IMG/VR virus record: IMGVR_UViG_3300044691_000338
Span: 7,853 to 71,852 of that record
Length of the DNA: 64,000 nt
Reading direction: 5' to 3' (one strand)
Source: a virus
This document shows, in pieces, positions 60,683 to 64,000 of this stretch. The notes below the pieces were generated by a model that saw only the letters and a list, made by a program, of their open reading frames with translations, had not been told where the DNA came from and searched no databases. The translations under genes were made by a program, and so were the position numbers. Position 1 is the stretch's first letter. Each line of letters begins with the position of its first letter.

Positions 60683-61600
60683 ATGAACGAAGTCATCGAA
60701 GCCGAATCAGTGACCGCCACTGAGAACCCGCTCACGGGCGCCCAGGACGTCGCCACCGTCGAGCGGGGGCAACCGCCAATCGTGCCAAGCGGCGCTTCCG
60801 CCGCCGCGCAACTGGCGATGGCCGTGATCGAAGCCTCGCGGCGGGAGAGCGGCGCGATCGACAAGGACGTGTTGGCCGAGTTGCGCTCCATGGCCAAGGA
60901 GTTGCGCGCCGAGGAGCGCGAGGCATGGTTCAATCGCGACATGGCGGACGCACAAGCCGAATGTCAGGCCGTGGTGCGCAGTTCCGAGGTAAAGCTGATC
61001 AAGGATGGCAAAGACCTCGGCAGCTACAACTACGCCAGCCTTGACGCGATCGACGAGATGCTCCGGCCGATCCGGACGAAGTACGGGTTTTCGATCACGC
61101 ATGACCGCAAGCCCAGACAAGGCGACGGAGGCGGCCTGGAAGTGATCAGCACGCTGCGCCATCGAAGCGGTCACTCGATCACCGCGTCATTTCCGCTGGC
61201 GCTGGACAGCGGTCCGGGGCGCAGCAACGCCCAGGCGGCGGGCAGCACGGATTCCTACGGCCGCAAATACAATGCGATTGGGTTTTTCGACGTTATTCGG
61301 AAGAACGACGATAATGACGGTGCCCTCGGTGGAGTGATGCCGATCGGTAACGACAAAGATGGCCGAGAGAAGGCGGAACGTATTCGGGTATTGGTACAAC
61401 AAGCCGGGATCGGGGACGGGTTGCCAAAAGAGGAACGGGCCGAGGCAATCAAGGATTGGTTCAAGACAGACGCGAAGCTCGACTATCTGATCGGCAATTA
61501 TCTCGATGTGCGAATAGAGGATTACCCGAAGGTGGTTCGCCTGCTGGTGCTCGAAGCACAGGTTAACGAGGCCCGCGTGCGCAAGGGGGCGCAAATATAA
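60683..61600 (+). CDS. erf: ERF-family single-strand annealing protein
   Basis: YNYASLDAID...P...YGFS...LRHRSGHS...AQAAGSTDSYGRKY...DDND. Confidence 0.88.
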   Translation: MNEVIEAESVTATENPLTGAQDVATVERGQPPIVPSGASAAAQLAMAVIEASRRESGAIDKDVLAELRSMAKELRAEEREAWFNRDMADAQAECQAVVRSSEVKLIKDGKDLGSYNYASLDAIDEMLRPIRTKYGFSITHDRKPRQGDGGGLEVISTLRHRSGHSITASFPLALDSGPGRSNAQAAGSTDSYGRKYNAIGFFDVIRKNDDNDGALGGVMPIGNDKDGREKAERIRVLVQQAGIGDGLPKEERAEAIKDWFKTDAKLDYLIGNYLDVRIEDYPKVVRLLVLEAQVNEARVRKGAQI

Positions 61601-62367
61601 TGGAGAACCCCACATTCCTTCTTGATCTGGAACAAGGGTCTTTCGAGTGGGAAATCGCGCGCCTTGGCAAAGCGACCGCCTCCAACTTCCATCGGATAAT
61701 AACTCCGTCTCGCGGGGAATATGCGGCCGGAGCCAGGAAATATGCGCGGGAGGTTGCGTGCGGTAGAATGTTGCAAGAGCAGACTGAGCGATCGATCAGC
61801 CATCTTTCCGCCGTTGAGCGAGGCAAGATCATGGAGGCCGATGCTGTCGCCGCGTACCATGTCTTGATGAAAAAAAACCCGGAAAAATATGGCGTCATCA
61901 CCGACGGTATCGGACTGGTCATTTCCGCCAACGGTTTGTGGGCATGTTCACCGGACAGAGTCAGCACCAATCGATTGCTTGGCGTTGAAATCAAATGTCC
62001 CGGTGGCCCGGCATGGCTCGAAGCCAAGGAAAAGATCGACGGGCAGGCTGAAAAGCCAGATGAAGAGTTCGTCAAATACAAATGGCAGGTTGTCGGTTCT
62101 ATGCTGGTTTCTCAATTCGAAACATGGGACCTGTGGGTTTACCATCCCGGCATGAATCCGATCCATTCGCGCTACGAGCGTGCCAACTATCAGGACGAGA
62201 TTGACAAACTTGAGCGAGCGCTTCTGAAATTCGAGAAGGATGTGGAATTCTATTGCGACATGATCCGCGAGAACGGCTGGCAAGGGCTGATCGGTCGAGC
62301 ACATCAATCCGTTGAGGACTTCAACAAACTCCTGGCGGCAGACAGTGGCGCGTGGGCAATCGGATGA
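61600..62367 (+). CDS. YqaJ/lambda-exonuclease family 5'-3' exonuclease
   Basis: QGSFEWEIARLGKATAS, RG...E..A...Y, CSPD, VEIKCP, WQV. Confidence 0.9.
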   Translation: MENPTFLLDLEQGSFEWEIARLGKATASNFHRIITPSRGEYAAGARKYAREVACGRMLQEQTERSISHLSAVERGKIMEADAVAAYHVLMKKNPEKYGVITDGIGLVISANGLWACSPDRVSTNRLLGVEIKCPGGPAWLEAKEKIDGQAEKPDEEFVKYKWQVVGSMLVSQFETWDLWVYHPGMNPIHSRYERANYQDEIDKLERALLKFEKDVEFYCDMIRENGWQGLIGRAHQSVEDFNKLLAADSGAWAIG

Positions 62368-62858
62368 GCGGCTCTGTCAACCGGGCGATTATCATGGGCA
62401 ACGTCGGGCGCGACCCGGAGATCAAAACCCTCACCAGTGGTGATCAAATCGCCACGTTGAGTATCGCCACGGAGGATACCTGGACCGACAAGCGGACTGG
62501 TGAGCGGCAGAAGCGTACTGAGTGGCACCGCATCGTCGTTTTTAATCAGGGCCTCGTGAAGGTTATCGACCGCTACATCAAGAAGGGCGCGAGACTGCAT
62601 GTCATTGGCGAGGTCCGCACCCGAGAATGGACCGGCCGCGACGGCGAGAAACGGTTGAGCACCGAGGTCGTGCTTCCCAACTTTGGCGGGGAACTGACCA
62701 TCGTTTCGACCCCGCGTGACGGCGGGGAATCGCGCGCTCCGTCAGAGACGCGCCAGCCGGACCGCACGGATGCCAAGGGCAACCCGCAGTGGGAGCGTGG
62801 TGGATCGACCGGCTCTGATCTCGATGATGAAGTCCCATTTAGTCCTAATTGGCAGTGA
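62364..62858 (+). CDS. ssb: Single-stranded DNA-binding protein
   Basis: SVNRAIIMGNVGRDPE, TEWHRIVVF, KKGA...GEVRTREW, DLDDEVPF. Confidence 0.95.
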   Translation: MSGSVNRAIIMGNVGRDPEIKTLTSGDQIATLSIATEDTWTDKRTGERQKRTEWHRIVVFNQGLVKVIDRYIKKGARLHVIGEVRTREWTGRDGEKRLSTEVVLPNFGGELTIVSTPRDGGESRAPSETRQPDRTDAKGNPQWERGGSTGSDLDDEVPFSPNWQ

Positions 62859-62867
62859 GATTATAGG

Positions 62868-63356
62868 ATGAAAATCTGTCGTCAGTGCAATAGAAATCTG
62901 CCGATCGAGGATTTCTACATTCATGCCAGAATGGCCGATGGTCGATTAAACAAATGCAAGACTTGCGTGAAAACGCGAGTCGCAGTGCATCGGGAGGCTA
63001 ATCTTGATCGCATCCAGGCATATGATAGGTCGCGTGCCGATGCCCCGCATCGTGTGGCAAAGCGACAAGAGATAGCTACCCATCTGCCTACTCAAGTCAA
63101 ACGCATCTATCAGAAAAAGTACCGCCATAAATACCCGACGAAGGCCAGGGCACGTTCAGTTTTTGCCCGCGCTCGCAGAAAGGGTCTGGTCATCAAACCC
63201 GCTGATTGTCAGCAATGTGGAACTGTTAAGCGATTGCATGCTCACCATGACGATTACAGCAAACCATTGGAGGTGAGATGGCTTTGCGCATCGTGCCACG
63301 GGGCACACCATAAGACCGAAAATGAGCGCAGGCGCCAGGAGAGGATTGCCGCATGA
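62868..63356 (+). CDS. HNH-like endonuclease (HHxDYSKPL family)
   Basis: CRQC..FY.H..MADG.LNKCKTC; CQQC...HAHHDDYSKPLEVRWLCASCH. Confidence 0.8.
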   Translation: MKICRQCNRNLPIEDFYIHARMADGRLNKCKTCVKTRVAVHREANLDRIQAYDRSRADAPHRVAKRQEIATHLPTQVKRIYQKKYRHKYPTKARARSVFARARRKGLVIKPADCQQCGTVKRLHAHHDDYSKPLEVRWLCASCHGAHHKTENERRRQERIAA

Positions 63357-63384
63357 ACCGCCCCGCGCCCGCGAAGGACACGTG

Positions 63385-64000
63385 ATGGCTGACGGACCAA
63401 TCTTGTTTGGCGCGCCGATGGTACGCTCGATCTTGCGTCCGGTTGACCCGAAAACTCAGACGAGACGCCTCCTAAACCCGCAACCGGGTGAAGACATTGA
63501 GGAAGTGATTGTCGTCCCTGGCGGCCCGTCCGTGCGATTCAGCGAATTTCAGGATGGCCGCTGGGTTGAATTGCGTGGCCTGCGCTGGGAGGTTGGTGAT
63601 CGGTTGTGGGTGAGGGAGGCATGGAAACCGCATAGCCTCTTTGCCAAAATGAAACCGCGAGACATTCCTGTCTCCAATATATTCTACCGCGCCGACGACA
63701 AATACGCTCCGAGCAACACGCCCTGGGTGCCCTCAATCCATATGCCCCGTTGGGCCAGTCGCATCACGCTCGAAGTCACCGAGGTTCGGATTGAGCGGTT
63801 GACGTCTATCAGCGAGGACGACGCGCGCGCAGAAGGTTTCGAGGACAGCACGCTCGATGACGGTTTCGGCGCGCGCGACATCGGCGGTGGCTTCACGATC
63901 GAAAGCCCCGGCACCATGGTATCCGCCGCCGGCATGTTTCAGATCTACTGGCAGAAGATACACCCGGAATGGGACGGGTGGTCTGATCCGTGGGTCTGCG
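63385..64000 (+). CDS. ASCH/PUA-like phage protein, partial; runs off the right edge
   Basis: Manual translation MADGPILFGAPMVRSIL....KTQTRR...VGDRLWVREAW...WVPSIHMPRWASRITLEVTEVRIERL..ISE.DA.AEG. Confidence 0.8.
   Translation, partial: MADGPILFGAPMVRSILRPVDPKTQTRRLLNPQPGEDIEEVIVVPGGPSVRFSEFQDGRWVELRGLRWEVGDRLWVREAWKPHSLFAKMKPRDIPVSNIFYRADDKYAPSNTPWVPSIHMPRWASRITLEVTEVRIERLTSISEDDARAEGFEDSTLDDGFGARDIGGGFTIESPGTMVSAAGMFQIYWQKIHPEWDGWSDPWVC

Larger units (their letters stand above)
1..64000. mobile_element. P22-like (podovirus-type) phage/prophage genome segment, probably of an Alphaproteobacterium; extends beyond both window edges
   Basis: TerS/TerL, P22-type portal, scaffold, coat, gp4/gp10 tail and ejection genes, plus lambdoid-style replication and recombination genes; no host housekeeping operon seen. 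Confidence 0.95.

Noticed and set aside
1-64000. tRNA, rRNA, integrase/att sites, endolysin, reverse transcriptase or DGR
   Set aside because: None recognised by eye in this window; tRNAscan and HMM searches would be needed to exclude them formally

Overview
The whole 64 kb window looks like one GC-rich tailed phage (or prophage) segment with a P22-like podovirus morphogenesis module. The likely host is an Alphaproteobacterium, inferred from GcrA-like and GapR/DUF2312-like genes and the SSB type. Almost all of 1-54.7 kb is on the minus strand. Read in transcription order it encodes a Cro-like HTH, a RuvC-like resolvase, a GP88-like protein, a Dda/RecD helicase, DnaB, a replication initiator with 22-bp iterons, methyltransferases, TerS, TerL, about 10 kb of small genes, portal, scaffold, coat, a decoration protein, a glycosyltransferase, two gp4-like adaptors, a split gp10-like hub, a hydroxylase, a cupin, a tail protein and ejection proteins. 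A divergent plus-strand early arm (54.9-64 kb) encodes an orphan DUF1778 antitoxin, an SMC-like ATPase, ERF, a YqaJ exonuclease and SSB. No integrase, CI repressor, lysin, tRNA or CRISPR array was recognised. The most unusual features are: (1) a gp10 tail hub split over two genes with nested domain insertions, plus a duplicated gp4 carrying the same inserted module; (2) candidate virion-protein modifying enzymes inside the structural operon; (3) a stand-alone 36-aa peptide transcription unit; (4) many homing endonucleases that leave recoded or duplicated gene ends, including a GIY-YIG domain inside the replication initiator and a LAGLIDADG relic inside a collapsed methyltransferase. All family assignments come from motifs recognised by eye and from synteny; no database search was run.
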